Positions 22,101 to 34,350 of a stretch of DNA of 64,000 nucleotides are shown here, one piece after another. A program made the translations under genes and the position numbers. The notes beneath the pieces were generated by a model. The model saw only the letters and a list, made by a program, of their open reading frames with translations, had not been told where the DNA came from and searched no databases. Numbering within the stretch: the first letter of the stretch is position 1; each line of letters starts with the position of its first letter. The DNA is from Azolla caroliniana (taxonomy: Eukaryota; Plantae; Polypodiophyta), in assembly GCA_043228905.1 (NCBI GenBank), contig JBHGNT010000014.1:11160001-11224000 (forward strand), in the 5' to 3' direction.

Positions 22101-23223
22101 CGTCTTGGCGTCTCGAATGTGGCTAAGCATGTGGTCATGGACACATGTTGTCAAGAAATACATGAACCATCTCATCTTCCTCGACGTTTATTTTGATGGA
22201 GCCAAGCGAGTCACAAATGCTCTTGATCTTGGCGGTGTAGTCTGACATTGACATGTCTTTTTGCCGAATGTTGTTCAACTCTTGTCGGAGCCGAAGCTTT
22301 CGGGCGGTTGTGTTGGTGGCAAACATTTTCTTTAAGTTCGCCCACGCTTCTTTAGGTGTCTTGGCGTCTTGAATGTGGCTAAGCATGTGGTCATGGACAC
22401 ATGTTGTCAAGAAATACATGACTCGAATCACCGCTTTCTCCCATGTTGCGTAGTCGGCGTTCTTTGAGTTGGGTCGATTTTCTTGTGCGTCGTTGATGTA
22501 GCCCCAATAGCCTTGGCCGACAAGGTATTGGGTCATCTTGTACTCCCAAGATGAATAATTGCTCCGGTCTAGCTTTTCACTAGGGAGCGAGCTACCCATT
22601 TGTGTGTTCATATTGATTAGTTTCTTCTCTTCTTTGCTTTTCTTCCTTCGATCATGTACACGTGCTACATAACGGCACTACGGTAGTAGATAGCCGGATT
22701 TTGTCGTCGACATCTCGAACACACAATCATGGAGTCGGGTGGGCTTAGTGGATTTTCTAAACCACACGCTCTGATACCATGTTAAGAATTAGCTGATTAA
22801 ATACGGGTTAATTAGTACCTAATTATGTGATTAGTTGATAAGCGGAAGATTAAGTGATATGTGTGTGTATGTGTGTGAAAGGAAGAGAGAGAGAGGAAGT
22901 TAACACTTATGAACAACACAAGATGCGGGATGATTAAATCTACATTAACTTAGGATTATCATCATCAAATACAAAAATACCTACAATGAAGTATATATAG
23001 ATCTCATGTGCAAGGGTGCACATGTGTGAGAATAATATAGGTACAAAAGTGTAAGTCCTATATTAAATGTACTTGGGAGTGGAGGATCTAGAATATCCCA
23101 GTTACGTACAAGGTCCTATGTAAGGTGTTATAGTCAACACTTCTAATTAGATTCTATCTAGGCAACTACGAAGTTACATGGTTGACTAACTAACTAAACT
23201 AAGTTGAGCTTGATCTCTCAATA
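19110..23223 (-). mobile_element. Ty1/Copia element C4 with both LTRs, lacking RT/RNase H
   Basis: LTRs 19110-19553 and 22780-23223, TSD GGTAA (19105-19109 and 23224-23228), PBS at 22768-22779, PPT TTGAGGGGGCA. Gag, protease (DSGASHH) and integrase are present; RT is absent. Confidence 0.93.
21907..22421. repeat. 256-bp direct tandem duplication in C4 gag
   Basis: 21907-22162 repeated at 22163-22418, with TGA microhomology at the junction. Confidence 0.9.
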
Positions 23224-23702
23224 GGTAATGAAGTACCATTAGCACTAATTGTGTCCCTTTGATGGCAACACCTTTTCCTTATATCTTATGTTGCACTTGA
23301 TGCCACACTTGATCTTCAACGACATCTGGTTCTACAATAGTATGTACTCGATTATCCACCCCAACACCTCCACGACTATGAATATTAGAATCTCGCTCTA
23401 ACCCATTATATGTTCCCTCATCCAAGACCATATCAACAATTGATAAAACAATATTCTTCTCAACATCTTCTTCAACTTTTTCTCTAACATAGTTTTATGT
23501 GTATGGGTCACCATGATATTGGCATTCAGTCATAAAATATCCAAATCGACCAAATGAAGTTTGCAAGTCATGTCCCATAACATTACAAATCTACATTTGT
23601 TCAAGGAATTAACATAGGAGCAACCAAAACTTTACCAATTCAAGACATTAATTTTGGTAACCATTCCCAAAAGAATGAGTTACAACAATCAACAATCACC
23701 CA

Positions 23703-23999
23703 TGTAAAAAATGAGAGTGGTGGATGGTGCAACGGAAGGGAACTTTGTGTATGTGTGTGTGCAGTAAGACAAGAGAGAGAGTGAGAGGGAGAGCTCTAAA
23801 CAAGGAAAGTGTATATTACATCCAACTACAACTAAGTTACAAAAGGTTGGTTTAAATACCAACTAGTCTAGGGCAAATGCCCTTTCTACTAATTACTGAA
23901 ATGTCCTAATAAGTTGTCCACCGCCTAGTGTGAACACTATTCCTATGGGAAGTTGAGTTCGATTCTCAACAACCCAATTTGGAAATTGTTGTTTCAATA
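23703..23999 (-). mobile_element. Putative short solo LTR
   Basis: Ends TGTAA...TTCAATA, flanked by ACCCA/AACCA (possible TSD). Minus-strand TATA-like, TGTAA and CT/CA tract layout typical of an LTR. Confidence 0.45.
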
Positions 24000-24724
24000 A
24001 ACCATGAGAACTCATTTCATCACATGCACTAATCTTCTATAAAAAAATTGGTACCTTTGCCATCAAAGCAATACAATGTTTTGACAATCGGAAAACCACA
24101 TCAAGAAACCTCTTGGACTGGCATATACATGCTCAACACAATTAGGCGTTATGAATGAATTGAACCACAGTTTAATAGATGATACTAAAGGAAGTTTAAA
24201 AGTGAAATACAAAATAACACCGCGGTCATAAGACTTGTCAAGTGTTGCCAACATGGACTTGGTCTCTATCATCACCCCCACAACAGCCTCTTCTATATGT
24301 TCCTTAGCATCTTTCTTATTTTTTTAATAAAATTTGAAAGCAAAGCATTAACAAAATCACACAAGGTTGCCAACATCAACGTCTTTGTCACCAACAATTG
24401 TAACATATGATGTATTCTTATGATCCATAAAATCAATACATTTTGTTGTTTGAAATTTTCACAACTATCATCACTTCCACACACATCGAGAAACATCAAG
24501 CCGCTTCTTGTTGTTGTGTTAGACATCCTAACGTATATTGAAAACAAACCTGAGACGGAGTCGATTTTCCTTGTAACCTTTTGTAATGGCCACAAAACTT
24601 CACTTGAAAAATCTTTGGTTACCTCTTTGAATGAGCTTTGCAAGGGCCAAAGATCATAAAAAACAGAGGCTTGAGTGCAAAGATACATAAAAAAACACGC
24701 TCTAACACCACGATTGGAACGCCA

Positions 24725-24730
<6 letters not shown>

Positions 24731-24755
<25 letters not shown>
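24731..24755. repeat. (CT)n microsatellite
   Basis: Direct reading. Confidence 0.9.
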
Positions 24756-25107
24756 TGGATTGCAACTGGTGTATAGTTTAGGGATGTTGCACTTGCTCCA
24801 TTGTTAGGACGTTTGTGATATATTGCTCTCTTCTTCGACCTAATATCAACGTAAACAAGATTTTCACTAACTGGCATGATACAAAGTAGCCCGAGGCTTT
24901 TGATGATAAGGAGAATCAAAACCTATTAAACAATAGCCATTGCAGTAGGCAAACTCATATCATGGATAGGGAGGCATATCATGTGCGTGACCGCGCCAAA
25001 ACCCCCTACTCATTCAAAACTCGAGCGAAATCGGGAAGAAGCTAACTGATCGGAGCGGGACTCATCATCGAAATCGAAAGACTCCATCATCTTCTTGTGA
25101 TGGGAAT

Positions 25108-25205
25108 ATATACATACATATACATTATGCATACATACATGCACATACACATACACATACATACATACATACATACATACATACATACATACATACATAC
25201 ATACA

Positions 25206-25239
<34 letters not shown>

Positions 25240-25242
25240 CAT
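25108..25242. repeat. (TACA)n microsatellite upstream of the PPR gene
   Basis: Long ATAC/TACA array with CA variants. Confidence 0.95.
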
Positions 25243-25440
25243 GATACATCCATACTGTATACATATATCCTTTGGATATATGTACAGAATGTGAACTCTC
25301 TCTGTAGGATGACATGCTTGTAGCCTGGTACAGACAGGACAGGATAGGTGTCCACTGTCAGAACATAGACTCTCCACAAATCGAGCTATGAAGGATGGTG
25401 CTCAAGACGAGCATCCTTAACCTCAGGCTAGAAAGCCTTC

Positions 25441-28086
25441 ATGGCTTTCCAAGCCGGGCATTTCTTGTCTCAGAGCTTCTTAACCGATCCTTCGGAGCTT
25501 TGCCACAATCCTTTGGCCAAGGTAAGCCTTGCAACGCACTGCAACGGTCCCAATGCGTCACCCAAGAGCAATAGAGAGAGAAAAGACCCATCGCCCATAA
25601 GATATTCGAAGCAGCCCAGCTTTTGGTGGGGAGATGGTGTGCTCCCTGTTCAATCATCTACGCAAGGAGATGAAGAGATCTGTATTGATCTTCGTAATCG
25701 TGAATCGCTTTTAAATATTATCAGGTCATGTGGAAAACAGAGGGATTTGCATAGAGCTAGATTGGTACATAGAGAAATTCTTCAAGGAGATCTATACAAA
25801 GAAGACATTTGCCTCAGCAATGCCTTACTTAGCATGTATGCCAAATGTGGCAGCCTTATTGAAGCACGAAAATTGTTCGATGAACTTAAAATAAGAAACG
25901 TTGTAACTTGGAATGCACTTATCTCAGCGTATGCACAACATGGACTTGATGGTGAATCTCTTCAATGCTTCAAACATATGCAAGAAGATGGCATCTCTCC
26001 GAATGCAGTTACTTTCATTTGTGTATTGAAAACTTGTAGTCGCATAGGATTCCTTGAGTTGGGAGCGGAGATACATAAAGAGGTTCTAAGTCGTGGATTT
26101 TTGGAGAGAAATGTTGCACTAGGCACAATGTTGATTGATATGTATGCCAAATGTGGAATGATAGAAAAAGCACGAAGTGTATTTCATGAGCTTCCGGTTC
26201 GAAATGTTGTATCTTATGGTGCACTTATATCGGGATATGCCCAACATGGACTCGGAGACGAAGCTCTCAATTTTTATATGCAAATGCAAAATGAAGGTGT
26301 TTCACCTGACTCGGGTATCTTTGTTTGTGTTTTGAAAGCTTGTGGCATAATTGGACGTGTTGAGATTGGAGAAGCAATACATGCCAAGGTTAGAAAGGAA
26401 GGATTGTTGGGAAAAAGTGTTAATCTTGGCACTGCATTGGTGGACATGTATGCAAAGTGTAACATGCTGGAAAAAGCACAAGAAGTATTTGATGAGATAC
26501 CTCTACGAGATGTGGCAACATGGAGTGCACTAATTTCTGCATACACTGAACATGGGTTCAATGAAACAGCTATAAAATGCTTCAGACAAATGCAAGATAG
26601 GGGTCTTTTTCCTAACACAATTACCTTTACTTGTGTTTTGAAAGCATGTAGAAGCATACAATTTCTTCATGTGGGAGAGGAGATACATTTTGAGGTTAGT
26701 AAACTTGGATTATTAGAAAAAGACATTGTGCTCGCAACAACATTGGTAGACATGTATGCTAAATGTAGCATGATGGCTAAAGCACAAAAAGTTTTTGATG
26801 AGATCCCAGTAAGGAATGTAGCTACTTGGAATGCATTGATTATTGGATATGCCCAACATGGGCATGGTCATGAGGCACTTACATGTTTCAAGCAAATGCA
26901 AGATGAAGGACATTCCCCAGATGTAATCACATTTGTGGGCATACTGAAAGCTTGTGGTAGTTTAGGATGTATGAAGAGAGGGGAAGAGATATATATGAGA
27001 GCAAGAAGTGAGAAACTATTGAAAAAAAATGTGGTTCTTGGTACGACAATTGTGGACATGTATGTGAAATGTGGTGTGCTAGCAAAAGCACAAGAACTCT
27101 TTGATGAACTGAAATTAGAGGATGTGATATGTTGGAATGCGTTAATGGCTGGTTATGGCCAATTAAGTCAGGCTGAAAAAGTTTTGAACCTATTTAATAG
27201 AATGAAAGTAGAAGGAACCATACCAAATGTGGCTACATTCCTTGTCATATTGAATGCGTGTAGTCTTGCTGGTCTAGTAGAAAAGGGGCAAAAGATGTTT
27301 GATGATATGTACAGTGTCTACCATTTAACTCCAACCTTAGAACACTACAATTGTATGGTTGATCTTTTTGGCCGAGTTGGTCGTTTTGAAAAAGCAATAG
27401 TTATGATTGAAAAAATTCCATATGTTGATCGTCTTCAACTATGGTTGACACTATTGAGTGCTTGTCGTAAATGGGTAAATGTGGAGCTTGGTAGATGGGC
27501 CTTTGATCAATCAATAGAGTTGGATGAGAAATGTGGTGTTGCATATGTCACTATGGAAAATGTATATGCAAATGCTGGATTGCATAAGGAGATAGACGAA
27601 ATTGAGGTTTTGAGAGTGAAAAATAAAGCATGGAAGGTATCTGAACTATGTTCATGGACTGATTTGCATGGATATGAACATATATTTGGTATACAAGAGA
27701 AGAATCCTATTTTGAATGAACATGTATATGATAAACTTGAAGACATTCGGCAAAAACTACTAGATGTGGGCTACTCACCGTGCTTGCATTGGGTGTTAGA
27801 GGCAGTTTCATACGAGGACAAGAATGAATACATGCTTTGTGGACATAGTGAAATGTTGGCAATTTCATGTGCATTGATAAATTTACCTAAAGACATGCCT
27901 ATACGAATTACAAAAAAGACGAATGTTTGTATAGACTGCCATGTTGCCATATCGCTTGTATCAAAGATGGAAAAATGCAAGATTCATATAAAAGATGGAA
28001 ATCACATCCACATATTTGAGCATGGAAAGTGTACATGCAAGGAGGATTTCATAGCAAGGCCAAATGTTGATCAAAGGTTCTCGTAA
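25441..28086 (+). CDS. PLS-class pentatricopeptide repeat protein with E and DYW-type deaminase domains (organellar RNA editing factor), 881 aa, intronless
   Basis: Repeated P-L-S triplets (VVTWNALISAYAQHG / PNAVTFICVLKTC / LGTALVDMYAKCG), TLEHYNCMVDLFGRVG, E motifs, deaminase HSE...CIDCH and terminal HIFEHGKCTC. Confidence 0.95.
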   Translation: MAFQAGHFLSQSFLTDPSELCHNPLAKVSLATHCNGPNASPKSNRERKDPSPIRYSKQPSFWWGDGVLPVQSSTQGDEEICIDLRNRESLLNIIRSCGKQRDLHRARLVHREILQGDLYKEDICLSNALLSMYAKCGSLIEARKLFDELKIRNVVTWNALISAYAQHGLDGESLQCFKHMQEDGISPNAVTFICVLKTCSRIGFLELGAEIHKEVLSRGFLERNVALGTMLIDMYAKCGMIEKARSVFHELPVRNVVSYGALISGYAQHGLGDEALNFYMQMQNEGVSPDSGIFVCVLKACGIIGRVEIGEAIHAKVRKEGLLGKSVNLGTALVDMYAKCNMLEKAQEVFDEIPLRDVATWSALISAYTEHGFNETAIKCFRQMQDRGLFPNTITFTCVLKACRSIQFLHVGEEIHFEVSKLGLLEKDIVLATTLVDMYAKCSMMAKAQKVFDEIPVRNVATWNALIIGYAQHGHGHEALTCFKQMQDEGHSPDVITFVGILKACGSLGCMKRGEEIYMRARSEKLLKKNVVLGTTIVDMYVKCGVLAKAQELFDELKLEDVICWNALMAGYGQLSQAEKVLNLFNRMKVEGTIPNVATFLVILNACSLAGLVEKGQKMFDDMYSVYHLTPTLEHYNCMVDLFGRVGRFEKAIVMIEKIPYVDRLQLWLTLLSACRKWVNVELGRWAFDQSIELDEKCGVAYVTMENVYANAGLHKEIDEIEVLRVKNKAWKVSELCSWTDLHGYEHIFGIQEKNPILNEHVYDKLEDIRQKLLDVGYSPCLHWVLEAVSYEDKNEYMLCGHSEMLAISCALINLPKDMPIRITKKTNVCIDCHVAISLVSKMEKCKIHIKDGNHIHIFEHGKCTCKEDFIARPNVDQRFS

Positions 28087-29016
28087 GGTTGCCATGTATA
28101 GATAGATATCTAGAAGCAGATAAAGCTTCCGTGTTTATAGAACTATTCTGATATAATTTCTTGTTATAACTTCTTCCTTTTTCACATGTAGTTAGCATTG
28201 ATATTCTTGCTAAGAATTTAAATATCTTACACAGAAGTTCTCTATTAAAGAAGGGAGCTTTCTCTAATATTCTATCAAGATGATAAATGCAAAAAGCAAA
28301 GTAATGATGTCATTGTTTTTGAAGAATTGTGCCATGAATATTTTAACCAACCTCTGCATATCCAAGAAGCGAGTGCACTCTTATACCATGATAGTGTTCC
28401 ATTTTATATTCAAACAAGCTTTTCCCAACCAAAGATACATAAATAATAATTGTATTTTATAAATGGGCCAAATGGTTATATCAAAGATGGTTGTATATGT
28501 GTACATATCAACATATACACGGTTGATGTTGAAACTAGGACCTAGCGTTATAACTTCAATTACCTAGTGTTATAGTTCCAATATACATATGACTCTATTC
28601 TCTCCTTACTTTTGTGTCTTACCAAACGTAAGAAGACCTAGAGTACAGGTGTCCAATTTTTTATGCTCTTGGAGTTGATTTGTCATTTTGCCAAGAAGGA
28701 CACTAAGAGTAGGAAGATGGCCTACAGGCCCTTGGATGACAAGGGTGATGACAAGTTGGGATGACATCCACATCCAATTACACTATTGAAAAAGTGATGA
28801 CAAGTTGGAATCACCCTATATGACTACGGTGCATACCTTGGTTCATTGCGTTGATGAGCTCCCTTGGAAGTCAACAGGACACCAACAACTCAATTCCGCC
28901 TTCTACGCTATCCACACCTTCCCCACTTTCCACCCATCATACACTTCCCAAGTTCTATGAAGGGATTAGTGCCAAAGAGCACATGAAGATAAGTGTTAGC
29001 GTTGTCATGAAGTTAA

Positions 29017-30320
29017 TGTTGGCATAAAAGGCTGACTCCACCCAATTTGTATCTCTAGTGTGAATACGTTACCCAGTTAGGGCTTTACTATATAAACCCA
29101 ATTGAGATGTTGTAAAAGGGAGAGAGCTTTTGGAGAGAATAATCAGAGTCTACCATTGAAGCTCAACTATGTTATTCTTTCTTGCCTATTGAGCATAATG
29201 TGCTTTCTCCAATTATTTGTGTTGTTTGTCTAACACTAACTTGCAGGTCCTCATATTCTTCTGTTGCAACAACTCTTATTATTTCCTTCAAGTGGTATCA
29301 AAGCGACCTTGCTATCCGGCGGCAAAGAACAACAAAAAATTGAGAAGAGAAAATAACTGGCTGAAAGAAAAGACTAGGCCATCAACATCTACTTCCCAGA
29401 AAATAGTGAAACAGTCCGTCACAAGTGTGGAAATCCAGAAGTTCGACGGAAAGAACTTCACCCTATGGAAATAAATGATGCAAGACAGGTTGAAGCCATC
29501 CGGCATAGAACCCGACCAATTTTGATGTCTGCCAAAGAGTGGAGATCGATGGACGAAATCGCACGGTCCACCATTCGGATGCACTTGGCTGAAAATGTCT
29601 ACTTCAGCATGGCAAAGGAGACGACGACATTCTCATTGTGGGAGAAGTTACATGCCTTGTATGCGAAAAAATCCTCCTCGTCGAAGCTCATATTGATCTA
29701 ACAGTTGTTAAATATGAAGATGAGAGAGACGGATTTGACGACCTCCCACATCAACACCTTCAGTCGGGTGTTGTTTGAACTCTCCTCCCAAGGGATTAAC
29801 TTTGAAGAAGAAGTTTTAAAGGCCCTTGTCCTCCTTTCGAGCTTGTCAGCAAGCTAGGAGGTATTCTGCACGACATTCCCTAACAGTTGTCCAAATTTCA
29901 ATTTGGACGAAACAATTAGACAAGTCCTAATTGAGGACATCCGGCGACGATCGATGGGCCTCACCATCAATGATTCGTTAGAAGCTCACCACTCAACTGA
30001 GCAAGTCGGAAGAACTGATAGAAGTACTAGTCGGCCGAAGAGGAGGGACGACTGGCAAAGGTCAAAATCAAGGAATGGTCAGTCGAACGCCTTCTGCACA
30101 CATTGTAGAAAGGCCGGCCAGAACATTTCCAAATACTCTTCAATAAAAAGAAAGGAGAACGGTCAATGATTTGATCGGACACAAGGTCAATTTGATTTGA
30201 ATCGTTCTCCTATCGGAAATCAAGTCAATGTTGCCAAATCCCGGTTCGTAGAAGTTCTCTTCTTGGAAAGCACTTCGATCGGTGAAGTCCCCTACAACGC
30301 GCAGGATGTGCGAGCGTGGT
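29017..30320 (+). mobile_element. Truncated Copia C5 (5' LTR 29017-29290, PBS 29293-29304, degenerate gag)
   Basis: TGTTGGCATAAAAGG LTR start, TGGTATCAAAGC, gag motifs (KFDGKNF, ARSTIRMHLAENV). Confidence 0.8.
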
Positions 30321-30665
30321 AACACCGATGTCCCATATCGACTGCTATTAGGATTAATAGGACATTGGAAGAGAGGTAACATGATCTTTGCGACGAAAGC
30401 ATAGACCTCGCCACGAGTCTCATGACTTCAACCTTTTGACATAATCTCAATGAGGGTAGTTAGGATTCATATTCATATGTATTCCCAAGCCTTTTCAATG
30501 TGTGTGCTTTTTAAAAATATTCTCCATCCATTGTTTGTCAAGATTATGAAAGTGCATGCATCTATCCAATCACATGAGATCTTTTCTATCTCTCCAACAA
30601 TTTCTATGGTTTCTTGCATGAACATTTCATGTTGACCACTGTAACCCTTCATATATATATATATA

Positions 30666-33600
30666 TGTTGGCATAAAAGGCCGACTCCTCCCAAATTGTA
30701 TCCGTTCAAGTGTGAACTCGTTAATAAGTTAGGGCTTAATATATAAGCGAATACGTAACATTGTAATGTGTGATGACGAGAAGAGTATTGTATCTCTAAG
30801 AGAGAATGAAGTAATAAGAAGCTTTCCATGAAAGCTCTATTTACTGTCTAAGTCTCGATTCACTGTATTTTCTGTGTGTGTTGTTTTTTGTGCATAAGTG
30901 AACATGTCCTCAAACGTTTTCCGCATACGTATACATACATACATACATATCTATCTATCTATCTATCTATATATCCACAACTGGTATCAGAGCGACTTTG
31001 CTACACGACGACAACAGACAACAGAAGAAGCTGAGTGGAAAAGGCCAGGTTAGAAATCTTGCTTTCATAAAAGGAATATGACTTCAACATCTGGAACAGG
31101 AGTTGAAATCAGAAAGTTCGACGGAATTTTTTTGCCCTATGGAAGGAGATGATGCAGGATGTGCTGATCATCCGAAGACAGGTTGAAGCCATTTGGCACA
31201 ACGAAAAGCCTGCTTCGATGACAGTAGAAGAGTGGAGATCAGTGGACGAAATAACACGATCCACCATCCGAATGCACCTAGCCAAAAACATTCACTTTAG
31301 CATGGCGAAAGAGACGACAACGTTCTCATTGTGGGAGAAACTACAGACCGTCTATGAGAAGAAGTCCTCATCTTCGAAATTAATTTTGATCAAACAACTG
31401 TTCAATATGAAGATGAAAGAGACTGATACGGCGACCTCCCACATCAACACCTTCAGCCGAGTGTTGTTTGAGCTCTCATCACAAGGGATCAACTTCGAAG
31501 AAGAAGTGAAAGCCCTTGCCCTCCTGTCGAGCTTGCCGGCGAGTTGGGAGGTATTCTGCACGACATACGCCAATAGCTGACCGATCCTAAACTTGGATGA
31601 AACAATCGGCCAAGTACTCACAGAGGACATTAGGCGAAAATCGATGGGACTAACCATCGATGAGTCGGCAGAAGCCCATCACTTGACCGAGTCGTTCGAC
31701 TGACAAAGTCGAACGAAAGAACAAGCCGACAAAACCGGTCGACGCTACAGCCAATCGAAAACAAGGGGTGATCGACAGTGGTCAAATTCGAGAATGGGCC
31801 AATCAAGCAAGTATTGCACAGACTGCAGGAAAGCTGGCCACAATGTTTCTGACTGTTGGTCAATAAAAAGAAAAGAGAGTGGTCGGCGATCTGAGCGGAA
31901 TCGGGGACGTTCTGACTCGGACCACTCTCCAGTCGGCAACCAGATCAATGTTTTCGACACCCGATCCGGAGAAATCCTCTCCTTAGAGGACTCAATGATC
32001 AGAGAAGTCCTCTACAGTGCACAAGTTGCACACACGTGGCTACTAGACTTTGGCATCACATTTCACGTGACCCCCAACATCGAATGGTTCTCGAACTATT
32101 CAGTCGACTCCATCGGCACAATCCGATTGGGAAATGGGCAGGAGTGCGAGATAGCCGGAACCGGGGAGGTTCCTATCAGATTGCCAAATGACAACACAAT
32201 AACCCTGCACCGTGTTCGACATGTACCCGATCTAAAGAGGAGTCTGGTCTCCATCGGCATGTTAGCCGAAGAATGGTATCGAACGACTCTACATGAGTTG
32301 ACATAGGTGATCACTCGAGGAAACCTCAAAATCGGTAGTGGCCATAAGTATAATAATCTGTACCCATTGATGGTGACCAACCCTGAAGGGGCTGTGAACG
32401 TAGCTGAGAAAACTGACCTGAACTTATGGCATGGCCGACTTGGCCCTATCTCTTAAACTGGACTTGATCGGCTGATGTCGGTCGGCTACATTCCGAAACT
32501 CCAGGCAAAGACGGACTTCTGTGAGCATTGTCGATGTGGGAAATAGACCCGAAGTCCGCACTCTCTCCACTACGAGATGGTACGATAGCCCCTAGAGCTC
32601 GTGCACACAGACATATGTGGGCCCATGCCAGAGTGATCACTAGGAGGTTCCCGGTACTTCATCACATTCGTAGAAGACTGTACACGGAAAGTTAGGGCAT
32701 ACTCCATCAAGTCCAAAGATGAAGCGCTCGAGGTCTTCACTCGATGGATATATGAAGTGAAGAACCGGTCGGAATATAGAGTGAAGACACTCTGATCTGA
32801 CAACGGAGGTGAATACACCTCTTGATCCTTCAAACAATACCTGTCTGGAAAAGGGATTTGACACCAAAAGACCGTTACCTACACACCCATGCAAAATGGA
32901 GTGGCAGAACGGATCAACAGGACGATCCAGGAGAGGGTGATGGGGACTGAAGCTGGAATTTTGGGCCGAGGCCTTGCAGACGGCAGTGTACCTGATAAAT
33001 CTGTCGCCATCTAGAGCAATCAGGCTCGAAGTGCCACATGCACTATGGTCAGGCAAACAACCGACCTATGATAGGCTTCATATATTCGAATGCGAAGCCT
33101 ACGCCTTCATCCCCAAGGACAAAAGGACGAAGTTGGCACCCAATGCAACAAAGTGCATATTTCTCGGTTATGGAACCGATGGGGACTTCGGCTACTGGCA
33201 ATGGGACCTTGATAACCGGAAATTGATCCGGAGTAGCAACGTAGTCTTCAATGAAGACTCTATCTTCTCTTAGCGGAACCAACAGAAAACAGTTGGTAAG
33301 AAGGCATCCTTCGAAGAGGACAACACTGTCGTAGAAGGACAGACCCAACGGGCTAACTCAGAGACTCAACAAACAGTTGAACTCCAACAAGCTGCCAACT
33401 TCCCTGCAGACACCGAATCGGCAACTAGTTCTATTGTCGAACTCAAAGACAAAGTCTTCAAAGACACAACCGAATCGACAAGGATCAATCAAGGCAAAGT
33501 CACCAAGAGACAAGTCAGAAATGAGTCGACGACAACCACAGGGGAGGACAACCAGACACTGCCAAAATCCCAAACTCAGGGCGGGACACCTAACAAGACT

Positions 33601-34350
33601 GCTGACACAATTGGTTCAACAAATACCGATCGAAGGATCCGAACCAGATATTACGGCACTTAGGAGATCTGGACGAGCTCGAAGGCAAACGGAGTTTTAT
33701 CAACCAGGCCTTGACTATGTCAACTACACGGATGCAGGCGAACCAAGCATGTATGAAGAAGCTATGGCCGCAAAGAACGCTGAAATATGGCTATAAGCCA
33801 TGAAATCCGAAATGGACTCGATTCATCAGAATCAGACATGGGAGCTGGTCGAACTACTAGCTAGAAGGAAGCCGCTACCTTGCAAATGGGTTTTCCGATA
33901 CAAGTATGTATCCGACTCAGAGAAACCCAAGTACAAAGCTTGACTTGTCGCAAAGGGATTCAAACAGGAATACAGGGTCGACTATGACGAGATATTCTCA
34001 CAAGTAGTCAAGATGACCACCCTCTGACTCCTACTATGAGTCGTGGCGATAGAAGATCTAGAGCTCGAGCAGATGGACGTAAAGACGACATTCCTACACG
34101 GAGATCTGGAAGAAGACATATACATGTCTCAACCGACAGGCTTCACGGCGATAGGGGAGGACAGTCACCTCGTATGTCGACTAAAGAATAGTCTATATGG
34201 CCTAAAACAAGCGCCGAGAATGTGGTACCCGAAGTTTGACTCCTACATACGGCAGCTTGGATACAACAGAACAGACTCCAACCCATGCATGTATGTTCGG
34301 CAATTGGCCGACAAGTGAAGGATCTATCTGATCCTATACGTCGATGACAC
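30666..34350 (+). mobile_element. Truncated Copia C6, same family as C5 (5' LTR 30666-30979, PBS 30982-30993, degenerate gag-PR-INT-RT ending at YVDD)
   Basis: Same LTR start as C5, inserted next to a (TA)n tract. Contains WLLDFGITFH, KCIFLGY and QMDVKTTFLHG, with many stops. Confidence 0.85.

Larger units (their letters stand above)
17400..24290 (-). mobile_element. Very old, AT-eroded Copia remnant (host of C4 and of a putative solo LTR)
   Basis: Residual RNase H-like (SMISGG..VVLEQAISN) and RT/gag-like traces on the minus strand. Boundaries approximate. Confidence 0.4.

Noticed and set aside
24293-24919. 208-aa minus-strand ORF
   Set aside because: Non-ATG start, crosses a microsatellite, no recognisable motif.
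25010-25379. ORFs with YVCM/HTYI repeats
   Set aside because: Translations of the (TACA)n microsatellite.
27631-28086. U-to-C editing DYW:KP factor
   Set aside because: No KP-type start motif, HSE rather than HAE, and the SWTD motif resembles the WW class.
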